DNA from: Nonlabens ponticola
GTDB lineage: Bacteria > Bacteroidota > Bacteroidia > Flavobacteriales > Flavobacteriaceae
Direction of reading: 5' to 3'
DNA length: 32,000 nucleotides
Assembly: GCF_003966335.1 (NCBI RefSeq)
Contig: NZ_CP034549.1
Span: 2,670,001 to 2,702,000, forward strand
How positions within the stretch are numbered: position 1 is the first letter of the stretch; every line of letters starts with the position of its first letter. The notes under the pieces were generated by a model. The model had not been told where the DNA came from, did not search any database, and saw only the letters and a program-made list of their open reading frames with translations. Both the position numbers and the translations under genes were made by a program. This document shows positions 8,787 through 18,691 of this stretch, piece after piece.

Positions 8787-8810
8787 TTAACCTTATAAGA
8801 GATTAAGCAA

Positions 8811-8852
8811 AAAATCCAAGTCTGCTCTACTCAAGGACTTGGATTTTTTTTT
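8811..8852 (+). terminator. Rho-independent terminator after the 8109-8786 gene
   Basis: Stem TCCAAGTC (8815-8822) pairs with GACTTGGA (8836-8843). An A-run precedes it and a T9 run follows (8844-8852). Confidence 0.8.
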
Positions 8853-9178
8853 GCGCTAATCTCTGCAACAATGACAGATAAGTAGTGAAACATTTATCTG
8901 GAATGAACACGACTCCTATTTGTTTGATTAAATGTGTGTATATGTTTCCAGATGACGACAGTTAAGTTCCTAAGATAAAAGTAATAGATAGACTGCATAT
9001 CACATGAGGTGCGTATGGTTATATAGATGTCTTAAATACGCCATGCAATATTATTACTCTATCGTACTTCATCTACTCAAGAAGGTGATTTATTATATCA
9101 TCAATTAGGTAAATTTAGATTACAATCGAGGGCAAAACTTTTAACAAGCATCTCCATGAAAATAAAGAATAGTAACAG

Positions 9179-11431
9179 CTATCTTTTTAGGGACTTGTAA
9201 ATAACATCCAGTAATTCCTCGGTTTTGAAAGGTTTGATGAGGAAATCATTGATAGAAGAATTTTTCATTCTGTTTTCTAATTCAATTTGCTCGACAGCCG
9301 TCAGCGCTATTACTGGCGTTGTTGTATCAAACTCTCTTATTCTTTTAGTAGCCTCAAAGCCATCCATTCCTGGTGGCATGTTGATATCCATTAAAATTAA
9401 ATCATATTTATGTGCTTGTGTCAACTCAATAGCTTCGGCGCCTGATGCTGCAATACTCACATTCCCATTTAGATTATCAAGAATTTTCTTGGTGACCATT
9501 TGATTGATTTTATTGTCTTCTACAACTAAGATATCAAGGCCTTTTAAAGTTTGATGAACCGGCGCTGAGTCGTCGGCTATTAGCTCAGCCTTATCGTATT
9601 GCAGTTCAATAGCAAATGAGATAATGGTGCCAGCACCTTCTTCACTTTGTATATCTAAACGAGAGTCAAACAGACTTAATATTTTTTGAGATATTGGTAG
9701 ACCCAAACCAGTTCCCTCGTTTGCAGAATGCTGTTGCAAATACTTAGTCTCATCAAAGATATATTCCAATTTCTCCTTAGTAATCCCTTTACCGGTATCT
9801 CTTATTTGAAATTGTAACAAATGACCAGATGCTGTTTCCTTTTCCAGATCAACTCTCAATTCTATCGTACCATCTTGCGTAAATTTATTTGCATTACCTA
9901 ACAAATTAATCAGCACCTGCATAATACGTACAGAATCACCTACATAATAGTCCTCTATTCTATCATCTATTTCGACATTGAACTCATTATCGTGTTCTGG
10001 TGAGATATATTTTGCAGATTCTACTGCATGACTACACAACTCTCTAACATCAAATCGCTGATCTACAAGAACATTATTTGTGGAACGATTAAGTTTATTC
10101 ATCTCAAGAACATTGTTAATCAATGACAGCAAATAATCTGCACTATATTTTAAAGACTCAATATTCTCTTGATGCTCGTCCTTTAAGGTCTCGTCGCTCA
10201 TCAAAATATTAGAAATTCCCACGATTCCATACATAGGCGTTCTTAACTCGTGACTTATACGCGAGAAGAGAGCATTTCGGGCAATGAGTAAACGCTCCTT
10301 ATTCTCTTTCTCTTTGAGGTAGATTTGGTTTTTTTCTTCCAGTTCCTCATTGAGCCGCTTTCTTCTATTAAAACCAATAAGTAACAATAGGATTAGTAGA
10401 CCTGCGATACCTAAGGCGATCAGTGACCATTTTAAGGTATTTTCCTGTAAGTCATCCTTGCGTCGTATTTCTGCCTCGAGTTTTTCTGACCTTATCCTAT
10501 TTTCTGCATCACGGGTTACTTCATCAACCTTAAATTTTGCAGTGGCATTTTGAACTGCGGTAATTCGATCCTGTTGGAATTTATCTTGCTGTAACTCTTC
10601 AAACTTTTGCGAGTTTTCATAGGCTTTCTGGTAATTACCTACTTGAGCATAAGCCTTTGACGCATAAGAATAGGAATTAATAAGTGCCTCTTGATAACCA
10701 GACAGTTGGGCAAATTTGATACTTTGTTCAAAATTCTCGAGTGCGTTTTTAAAATCATTTTTCTCAAAATGATATCTACCATAAAGTAGTTTCACACTAG
10801 CAGTGTAAGCATCAACCTTCATTTTATCGGCAAGACGATTTGCCGTCACGACATAGGGTAAAGCGTTATCGGATTTGTCATTTTTCAGATAAGCTTCAGC
10901 AATATTATAGTTTAAGATTAACAGCTTTTCTATATCGTCTTGATTCGTAAGAGTTAAGGCTTCTTCATATTTATCAATCGCTGAATCATATTGCTCAGTT
11001 AATAAAAGTGCATTTGCTAGGTCAATGTTAGCAGTAACAAGTGTTCGTTTTCTACGATTTTCATCTAGGCTAGTGTTTTGAAAATCTGCTGCCTTCTCTA
11101 GAGATTCTTCAAAAACTTTGATAGATTGTAGGGTGTCACCTATTTCTAATAAAGCAAGGCCTAGATTACTAGATACGGCAACATAGTAATTATAAAATCT
11201 AGGTTGATCTGCTATAGATCTACCTTGTTGACTAAGCTCAATCGTCTTTACAAAATCCTGACTATCGTAGGATTCTCTTATAGAACCCAACATTTCTCGC
11301 AATTGTAGCTCCAATTCCTGTTCCGCTTTAGAATATTGGGAATTATCCTGTCCCAGGACAATATGCGAAAACAGAAATAGGATAGAGCTGAAAGCTATCG
11401 TTAATTTTATCCTGTTATTAGGTATTGACAT
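9179..11431 (-). CDS. Hybrid sensor histidine kinase / response regulator with N-terminal TPR repeats
   Basis: 750 aa. Signal/anchor, about 300 aa of TPR-like repeats, a TM segment (WSLIALGIAGLLILLLLIGF) and a coiled coil. H-box SHELRTPMYGI, HATPase blocks (NLLGNANKFT, DTGKGI, GTGLGL). C-terminal receiver domain (ILVVEDN, LILMDINMPPGMDG, LIKPF). Confidence 0.85.
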   Translation of the reverse strand: MSIPNNRIKLTIAFSSILFLFSHIVLGQDNSQYSKAEQELELQLREMLGSIRESYDSQDFVKTIELSQQGRSIADQPRFYNYYVAVSSNLGLALLEIGDTLQSIKVFEESLEKAADFQNTSLDENRRKRTLVTANIDLANALLLTEQYDSAIDKYEEALTLTNQDDIEKLLILNYNIAEAYLKNDKSDNALPYVVTANRLADKMKVDAYTASVKLLYGRYHFEKNDFKNALENFEQSIKFAQLSGYQEALINSYSYASKAYAQVGNYQKAYENSQKFEELQQDKFQQDRITAVQNATAKFKVDEVTRDAENRIRSEKLEAEIRRKDDLQENTLKWSLIALGIAGLLILLLLIGFNRRKRLNEELEEKNQIYLKEKENKERLLIARNALFSRISHELRTPMYGIVGISNILMSDETLKDEHQENIESLKYSADYLLSLINNVLEMNKLNRSTNNVLVDQRFDVRELCSHAVESAKYISPEHDNEFNVEIDDRIEDYYVGDSVRIMQVLINLLGNANKFTQDGTIELRVDLEKETASGHLLQFQIRDTGKGITKEKLEYIFDETKYLQQHSANEGTGLGLPISQKILSLFDSRLDIQSEEGAGTIISFAIELQYDKAELIADDSAPVHQTLKGLDILVVEDNKINQMVTKKILDNLNGNVSIAASGAEAIELTQAHKYDLILMDINMPPGMDGFEATKRIREFDTTTPVIALTAVEQIELENRMKNSSINDFLIKPFKTEELLDVIYKSLKR

Positions 11432-11721
11432 CGTTTGTAGTAATGGTTTGAAACGGTTCTAAATCAATAATAACTCATTATTGGTGGATAATTCATTGCA
11501 AATTGCTTTTAACTTGAATTTAAATTAATGCTGTATACGCTAGCGCCTTTTATCAACAGTTAGAATATAAAAAATACTTACACTTCTTTATCGGACTAAC
11601 GGCAATATTTTTAGCTATCTAGACAAACGGTTCTTACTTGTTTAGAATTTAGTTAAGTATCTTTAAAATCAAGTGATTGACAAAGCAATGAATTATCATT
11701 GTACCTACAAAGTTATAATTG

Positions 11722-12411
11722 ATGAGGATTTTTACAATTGCATTATTACTCTCTTCCTTCATAGGCACGTCGCAAGACCTAACTATGATGCAAGGCGGTG
11801 CATTGTCGATAAGTGAGAATGCTTCCTTATTTATTAATGGCTTTGAGATTACACCATCGACTAACTATGAACTGTCCGATTCAAATTCTTTTACTGTTTT
11901 TAATACTTCTATAGAAGAGCCGATAAGCGTTGGCAGGGTATTTCAAATGGAAAGTCCGTTGAGCGCATATCAAGGAAATGTACGATTGTATTATCAAAAT
12001 ATTGAACTCAATAATCTGGACGAGACAAAATTAGCAATGATAGTTCAAGATGAACAGGCTACCTGGAACATGGTAGAAAGTAATCTAGATGAGACGCTTA
12101 AAATTGTTGAGTTTGATTTCCAGGAACCAACAAATTTTCAGGGAATCACCGCAATTAACAGACAAACTCTTACCATTGACGAGAGTTTGATGTCCTCTAT
12201 TAGAATTTTCCCGAACCCTACAGCCGGTATCATACAAGTTGCTACTAATCGAGCTGTCAAACTAGAAGTTATGAATTTGATAGGGCAAACAGTACTTGTT
12301 TCTCAAGACGCTAGCATCGACCTTTCTGATTTGGCTACTGCCACTTACCTTGTCAAGATTACTGATGTTTCTTCAGGAGCAAATGTGTTTAAAAAGATTG
12401 TCAAAAAGTAA
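11722..12411 (+). CDS. Secreted protein with T9SS type-A C-terminal sorting domain
   Basis: ATG at 11722 (MRIFTIALLLSSFIGTSQ signal peptide). The C-terminus IRIFPNPTAGIIQV...LEVMNLIGQTVL...ATYLVKI...FKKIVKK is a Por-secretion-tail pattern. Confidence 0.75.
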   Translation: MRIFTIALLLSSFIGTSQDLTMMQGGALSISENASLFINGFEITPSTNYELSDSNSFTVFNTSIEEPISVGRVFQMESPLSAYQGNVRLYYQNIELNNLDETKLAMIVQDEQATWNMVESNLDETLKIVEFDFQEPTNFQGITAINRQTLTIDESLMSSIRIFPNPTAGIIQVATNRAVKLEVMNLIGQTVLVSQDASIDLSDLATATYLVKITDVSSGANVFKKIVKK

Positions 12412-12448
12412 GAACACGTTACAATAATCAACTGTTTTTAAAGAGTCA

Positions 12449-12462
12449 GCTTTCGCGAAAGC
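12449..12462. repeat. Palindrome copy 4: GCTTTCGCGAAAGC (+GTAAC)
   Basis: Perfect 14-mer 38 bp after the stop at 12411. Confidence 0.9.
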
Positions 12463-12534
12463 GTAACACACTCAAATTACCCAACAATATTATTAGGTCT
12501 TAAATGTGTAAATTAGTGTTCTAACTAGTTTGCC

Positions 12535-15500
12535 ATGAGATACTTTTTCACACTCTTTCTTTTTTCATTCATTCTTCAAGCTACCGCGCAAGAAACCAAG
12601 CTATTGAGGCAACCAACCATTCACGGTGATCAAGTAGCCTTTGTGTATGCCAATGATTTATGGAAAACCTCTATCAATGGTGGTGACGTGCAGCGACTTA
12701 CCAGCCATGAAGGTTATGAAAGCAGCCCACACTTTTCGCGCGATGGTAAGCATATTGCCTTTACCGCACAGTATGATGGTAATGTAGATGTTTTTGTCAT
12801 TCCATCCCAAGGCGGCACGCCGCAGCGAGTGACCTATCATCCGGCATCAGACCATGTACAAGGATGGACGCCAGATGGCAAAATATTGTTCAGGTCAAAC
12901 AGGGAAAGTAGACCAACCGAGACAAACAAGTTCTATACAATAGGGATAAACGAAAACTTCCCAAAAGCGATGCCATTGACACGAGCGGCATATGGAGACA
13001 TCTCGGAAGATGGAAAACACGTTGCCTACACTCCTATTACTTCATGGGATCCTGAATGGCGCAACTATCGTGGCGGTCAAGCCATGCCTATATGGATCGT
13101 CAATCTGGAAACCCTAGAATTACAAACTACTAGTCAACCTACTAAGGAGCGTCATCTAGATCCGGTATGGCTCAATGGAGTCGTGTATTATTTATCTGAG
13201 CGTGATTATACTAGCAATATATGGAGCTACAATCCACAATCTAAAGAGGAAAAACAAATCACCTTTCATAAAAAGTTTGATGTCAAGAGTCTAGATGCAG
13301 ACGATGACCAGATTGTCTATGAGCATGGTGGTACGTTAAAATTAGTAGATCCATCCACTATGAATGGACGACAATTGAGCATTACGGTCAATGCTGATCT
13401 TAACTTCTCGCGGCCTCGATGGATTGATGTAGAAGCTGATGATTTGAGAAATGCAAGATTATCACCTAATGGGCAGCGAGCTATTTTTGAACACCGCGGT
13501 GAAGTGTTGACCTTTCCTAAAAAAGAAGGTTCCTACCGCAACCTGACCCAAAGTAGCAGCACGGCAGATCGTGCACCTATCTGGTCGCCTCAAGGTGATC
13601 GTGTGGCATACTTTAGTGATGCATCGGGAGAATATGAATTAATCATCGCAGATCAAAAAGGCACCGTTCTTAAGAAAATAGCATTTGACGATCCTACTTT
13701 CTATTTTGAACCAGACTGGTCACCAGATGGTAAGTATCTGTCTTTTACAGACACACACTACAATATCTGGATCACCGATATTTCAAGCGGGTCGTCAAAA
13801 ATTGTCGCGACTGATCGCTATGCGCATCCCAATCGATCAATGAATCCCACCTGGTCGCCAGACAGTCAATGGATCGCGTATGCAAAACAGCAGGAAAGTC
13901 ATTTCAAAGCAATTTTTGCCTACAACAACAAAACGGGCAAAACGATACAAATCACAGATCCACTAGCTGATGCTATCTCACCTGTATGGGATGCTGGCGG
14001 TAAATATCTTTACACGCTTGCAAGCACCGATTATGGTTTAAAATCTGGCTGGTTAGACATGAGTTCATACGATCCATCAACCACTAGAAATGTTTATGCG
14101 GTAGTATTATCATCTCAAGACGAATCTCCATTAAAGCCATTAATGGATGAAGAGAAAGAATTATCAACTAAAGAAACTAAAAAGAAAAAAGACAAGAAAG
14201 ACAAAAGCGATCCAGGCGAGATGGAAAGTAAAATGGTCACCGTCAACATCGATGAGAACGGTATCTACAACCGTGCCGTGGCGCTAGATATAAAGGCGGC
14301 AAACTATGTAGCATTAATGCCTGCTCCTAAAAATCATGTGTTCATTGCTAAGGATGTTGATAGTGAATCTGGTTATGAATTGCATCGCTACAATGTTAAG
14401 GATAAAAAACTAGAGGAATATGCGACTGGAGTTAATCAAGCCACCGTTTCCAGCAATCGAGAACATGTTTTACTTAACAAGGGTAATTCGTGGATGATAT
14501 CCGCAGCCGCAGGTAAAGTGGATGCTAGCGAAGATAAAATCAATACCACTGCTTCTATAAATATTGATCCTAGAGAAGAATATGAGCAGATATTTAAAGA
14601 AGGCTGGCGATACATGCGTGACTTTCTATATGTAGATAATGTTCATGGTGCGCCATGGGACGATATCTATAAATGGTATGCGCCGTGGATCAAACATGTG
14701 AGACATCGCACAGATCTCAACTATGTAGTAGACATAATGAGTGGTGAGGTAGCCATAGGCCATTCCTATGTTTCAGGTGGTGACCTGCCAGACGTCGATC
14801 GAGTGAATGTTGGATTATTGGGTGTAGACCTTGAATTAGATGGAGATTATTATAAGATCACAAAAATTTACAATGGCGAGCAATGGAATCCAGAAACCAA
14901 TGCACCACTTGCTATTCCAGGCATGGATGTCAAGGCTGGTGATTACCTACTGGCAATTAATGGTAGAGAATTAGATGGTGAACATAATCCTTATTACCTA
15001 TTGCAGCAGACAGCCAATCGTGAGATTTATATCACCGTTGCAGACAATAAATCTGGAAATAATAAAAGAGAATTGCTGGTTAAACCTATCTATAGTGAGA
15101 ATGGTTTAAGATATGTGGATTGGGTAGAAGGTAATCGTCGCAAGGTGGATGAATTATCTAACGGTAAGTTGGCATACGTTTACGTACCCAATACCAGCAA
15201 CCCAGGTTTTACTAGTTTTAATAGGTATTATTTCTCACAGCAGGATAAAAAAGGTGTAGTCATCGACGAGCGCAACAACGGTGGTGGATCTGCAGCAGAC
15301 TACATGATTGATGTACTCAATCGCAAACCAATAGGCTACTTTAACAGTAAAGCAAACGATCGCAGACCATGGACAACTCCTATGGCAGGAATATTTGGTC
15401 CCAAAGTCATGATTATAAATGAACGAGCTGGATCTGGTGGCGATTTATTACCCTATATGTTCAAACAACAGGAAATCGGGCCACTTATAGGCACAAGAAC

Positions 15501-15801
15501 TTGGGGTGGCCTTGTAGGAACATGGGACACACCGCCATTTATAGATGGCGGTCGTATGGTGGCGCCACGTGGTGGCTTTTATGACCTGGATGGTGAATGG
15601 GCTGTAGAAGGTGAAGGAATCGCTCCAGACATTAAAGTCATCCAGACACCTAAACTCACAGCACAAGGCAATGATCCACAACTAGAACGTGCCGTGCAGG
15701 AAGCGATGGAATTACTCAAAACCCAAGAATTCAACATCAAGCCGGAGCCCACAGCTCCAGTTAGATGGAAACGTCCAGCCGGTTATGAGAATGACAATTA
15801 A
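12535..15801 (+). CDS. Tricorn-like protease (TolB/PD40 beta-propellers + PDZ + peptidase S41 domain)
   Basis: 1088 aa. Signal peptide. N-terminus LLRQPTIHGDQVAFVYANDLW...GGDVQRLTSHEGYESSPHFSRDGKHIAFTAQYDGNVDV, typical of tricorn homologues. Repeated SPDG/WSPD propeller motifs. C-terminal S41 blocks (VIDERNNGGGS, INERAGSGGD, GTRTWGG). Confidence 0.85.
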   Translation: MRYFFTLFLFSFILQATAQETKLLRQPTIHGDQVAFVYANDLWKTSINGGDVQRLTSHEGYESSPHFSRDGKHIAFTAQYDGNVDVFVIPSQGGTPQRVTYHPASDHVQGWTPDGKILFRSNRESRPTETNKFYTIGINENFPKAMPLTRAAYGDISEDGKHVAYTPITSWDPEWRNYRGGQAMPIWIVNLETLELQTTSQPTKERHLDPVWLNGVVYYLSERDYTSNIWSYNPQSKEEKQITFHKKFDVKSLDADDDQIVYEHGGTLKLVDPSTMNGRQLSITVNADLNFSRPRWIDVEADDLRNARLSPNGQRAIFEHRGEVLTFPKKEGSYRNLTQSSSTADRAPIWSPQGDRVAYFSDASGEYELIIADQKGTVLKKIAFDDPTFYFEPDWSPDGKYLSFTDTHYNIWITDISSGSSKIVATDRYAHPNRSMNPTWSPDSQWIAYAKQQESHFKAIFAYNNKTGKTIQITDPLADAISPVWDAGGKYLYTLASTDYGLKSGWLDMSSYDPSTTRNVYAVVLSSQDESPLKPLMDEEKELSTKETKKKKDKKDKSDPGEMESKMVTVNIDENGIYNRAVALDIKAANYVALMPAPKNHVFIAKDVDSESGYELHRYNVKDKKLEEYATGVNQATVSSNREHVLLNKGNSWMISAAAGKVDASEDKINTTASINIDPREEYEQIFKEGWRYMRDFLYVDNVHGAPWDDIYKWYAPWIKHVRHRTDLNYVVDIMSGEVAIGHSYVSGGDLPDVDRVNVGLLGVDLELDGDYYKITKIYNGEQWNPETNAPLAIPGMDVKAGDYLLAINGRELDGEHNPYYLLQQTANREIYITVADNKSGNNKRELLVKPIYSENGLRYVDWVEGNRRKVDELSNGKLAYVYVPNTSNPGFTSFNRYYFSQQDKKGVVIDERNNGGGSAADYMIDVLNRKPIGYFNSKANDRRPWTTPMAGIFGPKVMIINERAGSGGDLLPYMFKQQEIGPLIGTRTWGGLVGTWDTPPFIDGGRMVAPRGGFYDLDGEWAVEGEGIAPDIKVIQTPKLTAQGNDPQLERAVQEAMELLKTQEFNIKPEPTAPVRWKRPAGYENDN

Positions 15802-15824
15802 ACCAGGACGATAAGTATCACGCC

Positions 15825-16280
15825 TTGAATTGTGACATCATTCAATTGAACCCAAGTGCAGCAGCAACACTTACCTCGCTGGCATTAAAGTCCAAAGCAT
15901 ATTGGGATTATCCAGCAGCATGGCTTGATTTATGGAAAGAGGATTTAAAAGTTGATCAGGAATACTTTGAAAAATTCATGCTATACGGTATTTACCGTTA
16001 TAATAAGATTATAGGCTTTTACAGTTATCAATTACAAGATCGCACTGCATACATTGATATGCTTTTTATTGACCCAATATTTATAGGTCGTCAATTAGGT
16101 TCTCGATTATTAAGCCATTGCTTGAATAAGATTAAGGATCACGGTATACAAACAGCTTATCTATATTCTGATCCTCATGCACAGGTATTTTATGAGAAAC
16201 ATGGTTTCTGCGAAACAGGAAAGATAAAAACTGCCATTCAAAATAGGTTTTTACCTATCATGACTTATCAGCTTGATTGA
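15825..16280 (+). CDS. GNAT-family N-acetyltransferase
   Basis: 151 aa, TTG start. Acetyl-CoA loop IGRQLGSRLLSHCL. C-terminal FYEKHGF, typical of GNAT. Confidence 0.7.
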   Translation: MNCDIIQLNPSAAATLTSLALKSKAYWDYPAAWLDLWKEDLKVDQEYFEKFMLYGIYRYNKIIGFYSYQLQDRTAYIDMLFIDPIFIGRQLGSRLLSHCLNKIKDHGIQTAYLYSDPHAQVFYEKHGFCETGKIKTAIQNRFLPIMTYQLD

Positions 16281-16624
16281 TGTAAATTTTTCAGGTTTTT
16301 CAATACCGCCATAATCAGTTTATCATTGATGTCATCAATTGTGGTAAACCGCAAAGACCTTAATGATTGGCGTCCATCACCAGCGATTAGTTGATCATTG
16401 TATTGCGGCAATTGCACCGCATTGATGAATCCAATCTCGAGAAAATCCCTGCGGTAATTGATGAAGCAATACATATGTTTTCCATCTAGGTAATAAAATG
16501 GCAACTTCCATTTATAAAGAAGCTCGGCTTCAGGCGAGACATGTTCTATCAAGGACTGCAAATGTATCGCAATCTCCTTGAAGGGCTCTGGCAAGGCAAG
16601 AATATATTCTTCCGCTGGATTCAT
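16268..16624 (-). CDS. DUF1801 (YdhG-like) domain protein
   Basis: 118 aa. MNPAEEYILALPEPFKEIAIHLQSLI...YKWKLPFYYLDGK matches the DUF1801 pattern as I recall it. Its 3' end overlaps the convergent GNAT gene by 13 nt. Confidence 0.65.
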   Translation of the reverse strand: MNPAEEYILALPEPFKEIAIHLQSLIEHVSPEAELLYKWKLPFYYLDGKHMYCFINYRRDFLEIGFINAVQLPQYNDQLIAGDGRQSLRSLRFTTIDDINDKLIMAVLKNLKNLHQSS

Positions 16625-16648
16625 GTTTGAATATTATTGATGTATTTA

Positions 16649-16662
16649 GCTTTCGCGAAAGC
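16649..16662. repeat. Palindrome copy 5: AGCTTTCGCGAAAGCT (+AAC)
   Basis: Perfect 14-mer (16-bp palindrome with flanks) 25 bp upstream of the DUF1801 start codon. Confidence 0.9.
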
Positions 16663-16940
16663 TAACAAAAAATCGACCTATCAACCACAGGAAAGATTGT
16701 ATCAGCACATAAAGACTGTTTGAAAACTGCTTGCATTGCTTGAAAAGCTCAGTATCTAATCAATTTTATACTGCCCTTAACAACCGTTCTTAATTAACCA
16801 CAAAATTAAACCCAAGTTGAGGTTAAAACGAACATTAATGGCGTGTACACGTCCAAAGTGTAATTATTTTAGACACGATAATGGATGAGAAATGCTATGA
16901 CCATCTAATTATTAGAAAAATAACCTTAAAAATAACAACT

Positions 16941-17549
16941 ATGAAAATTGAAAAAAGTATCCAAAAATTAATGTTCCTCATGGTTCTATTTGTGGGATTT
17001 GTATCCTGTGATGACGACGATGATAATAATGAGGACAGACCGACAACTGCCGAGGTGGTTGCAGATGAGAACGACTTGAGTTTATTAGAGCTTGCACTTG
17101 ATGCCGCAGGATTAACTGCTACTCTGGATGGTGAAGGTAATTTTACCGTATTTGCACCTACAAACTCTGCATTTATCAATTTACTAAATGAACTAGGTGA
17201 CGATTATGACAGCTTAGATGATTTTGATGAAGATGTAGAAATCGATCTACTTAGAAACATCTTATTGTATCACGTAGTGGGCGTAGATTATGATAGTGAT
17301 GATCTTGCACGTCTAGATGATGACGATGATGATGAACTTGCGACGTTGTTTGCAGGTAACACATTAGATATAGATGTGGATGGTGACAGTGTACAAATAG
17401 GTGATGAATCAGATGTAGATGCAAATGTCATAAATGCAAATATCAGGACATCAAATGGTGTTGTTCACAAGATTGATAAGATATTATTACCGCAAGAGGC
17501 TATAGATTTTTTGAATAGCTTAGACGATGATGATGACGACAATGACTAA
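16941..17549 (+). CDS. Fasciclin (FAS1) domain lipoprotein, extremely acidic with poly-Asp tracts
   Basis: The ATG at 16941 gives MKIEKSIQKLMFLMVLFVGFVSC (lipobox). FAS1 blocks FTVFAPTNSAF, LLYHVV, SNGVVHKIDKILLP. D-runs: DDDDDNNED, DDDDDDE, DDDDDDND. Confidence 0.8.
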   Translation: MKIEKSIQKLMFLMVLFVGFVSCDDDDDNNEDRPTTAEVVADENDLSLLELALDAAGLTATLDGEGNFTVFAPTNSAFINLLNELGDDYDSLDDFDEDVEIDLLRNILLYHVVGVDYDSDDLARLDDDDDDELATLFAGNTLDIDVDGDSVQIGDESDVDANVINANIRTSNGVVHKIDKILLPQEAIDFLNSLDDDDDDND

Positions 17550-17572
17550 TTAGTTGTTATCATAGAAATTTT

Positions 17573-17600
17573 AAACCCTGCATAAAGCAGGGTTTTTTTA
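17573..17600 (+). terminator. Rho-independent terminator after the first fasciclin gene
   Basis: CCCTGC (17576-17581) pairs with GCAGGG (17587-17592), loop ATAAA, then a T7 run. Confidence 0.8.
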
Positions 17601-18019
17601 TGCGTGGTAATTCTAAACAAGTTATGTTGTCAGGTCATCCATATTTTATGTTACTATGAAATGCTTTCATAACAATTAACAGATGCATGGTTTCTAAGAA
17701 AACAATATATTCCTGTTAACAATTGAGTGCATTGAGCATGAAAAAGCCAAATATAAATACGTCGAAAAACACTAATAACGATCAATAGACAAATTACCAG
17801 CCATATGAAGTTTTAGATCATCAAATTCAGTCCAAATGCTATTTAGACTGAATTTGGTTTTATTCGTTTATCATATTTTCAATTCCGTGCCAAATGATAA
17901 AAATTTAGCGTTAAATACCTGTTTTTCAGCTTAGTAATTGAAGGATTGATTTAGATTTATATACTATTATCTACTCAACGATAATAGAATAATTTACACT
18001 CTACAATTTTATTTTAGGC

Positions 18020-18616
18020 ATGCGAACAATCTCTACTCTCAAAAAAACACTTTTACTGCTATCCTTTGGATTAGTCATAATTTCATGTGATTCTGACGAT
18101 GATATCAGCGTTCATCAAAAATCAGTCGCGGAAGTCGTAGCCATTCAAACTGATTTGAATGACTTAAACGAAGCGTTAAGTATCACTGGTCTAGATGTTA
18201 TTCTTGAAAGCGATGGACCGTACACATTTTTTGCACCTACTGATGAGGCATTTGCAAAATTATTGAGAAGTACAGGTCACCACTACTCGAGTGTTGATCA
18301 ATTTGACAGCCCTGCCGAAGTTGAATTGCTAAGAAACATCTTGCTATATCACCTGCTACCAGATGAAAACATTTTCAGCATACAATTCAATAACAAGCAA
18401 GGTCAAATGACTACAGCCCTAGACGCAAATCAATTCACTCTTGTAATGCACGACAATGAGATCGTAATTACAGATGCCTCAAGTCTAGAAGCTCGATTGA
18501 CTAAAATGGATATGGGTGGATCTAATGGAGTTGTTCACAAAACTGATAGAGTATTATTGCCACAAGAAGCATTTCAACACATTGATGTCTTGAATGGCGC
18601 CGACGACATTGAATAA
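18020..18616 (+). CDS. Fasciclin (FAS1) domain lipoprotein (paralogue of 16941-17549)
   Basis: 198 aa. Lipobox (LVIISC). FAS1 blocks YTFFAPTDEAF, LLRNILLYHLL, SNGVVHKTDRVLLPQEA, shared with the upstream paralogue. Confidence 0.8.
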   Translation: MRTISTLKKTLLLLSFGLVIISCDSDDDISVHQKSVAEVVAIQTDLNDLNEALSITGLDVILESDGPYTFFAPTDEAFAKLLRSTGHHYSSVDQFDSPAEVELLRNILLYHLLPDENIFSIQFNNKQGQMTTALDANQFTLVMHDNEIVITDASSLEARLTKMDMGGSNGVVHKTDRVLLPQEAFQHIDVLNGADDIE

Positions 18617-18640
18617 TATAGAAGTAGTATCTTATAATAC

Positions 18641-18668
18641 AAAGACCCTGCATGATTGCAGGGTCTTT
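18641..18668. terminator. Bidirectional terminator hairpin between convergent genes
   Basis: Perfect 12-bp stem: AAAGACCCTGCA (18641-18652) pairs with TGCAGGGTCTTT (18657-18668), loop TGAT. A/T runs on both sides. Confidence 0.8.
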
Positions 18669-18691
18669 GTATTTCACAATGTTATTAGCAG

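Noticed and set aside
16268-16280. 13-nt overlap of the convergent GNAT and DUF1801 3' ends as a regulatory feature
   Set aside because: Short convergent overlaps are common in compact genomes, and no structure or motif is associated with this one.
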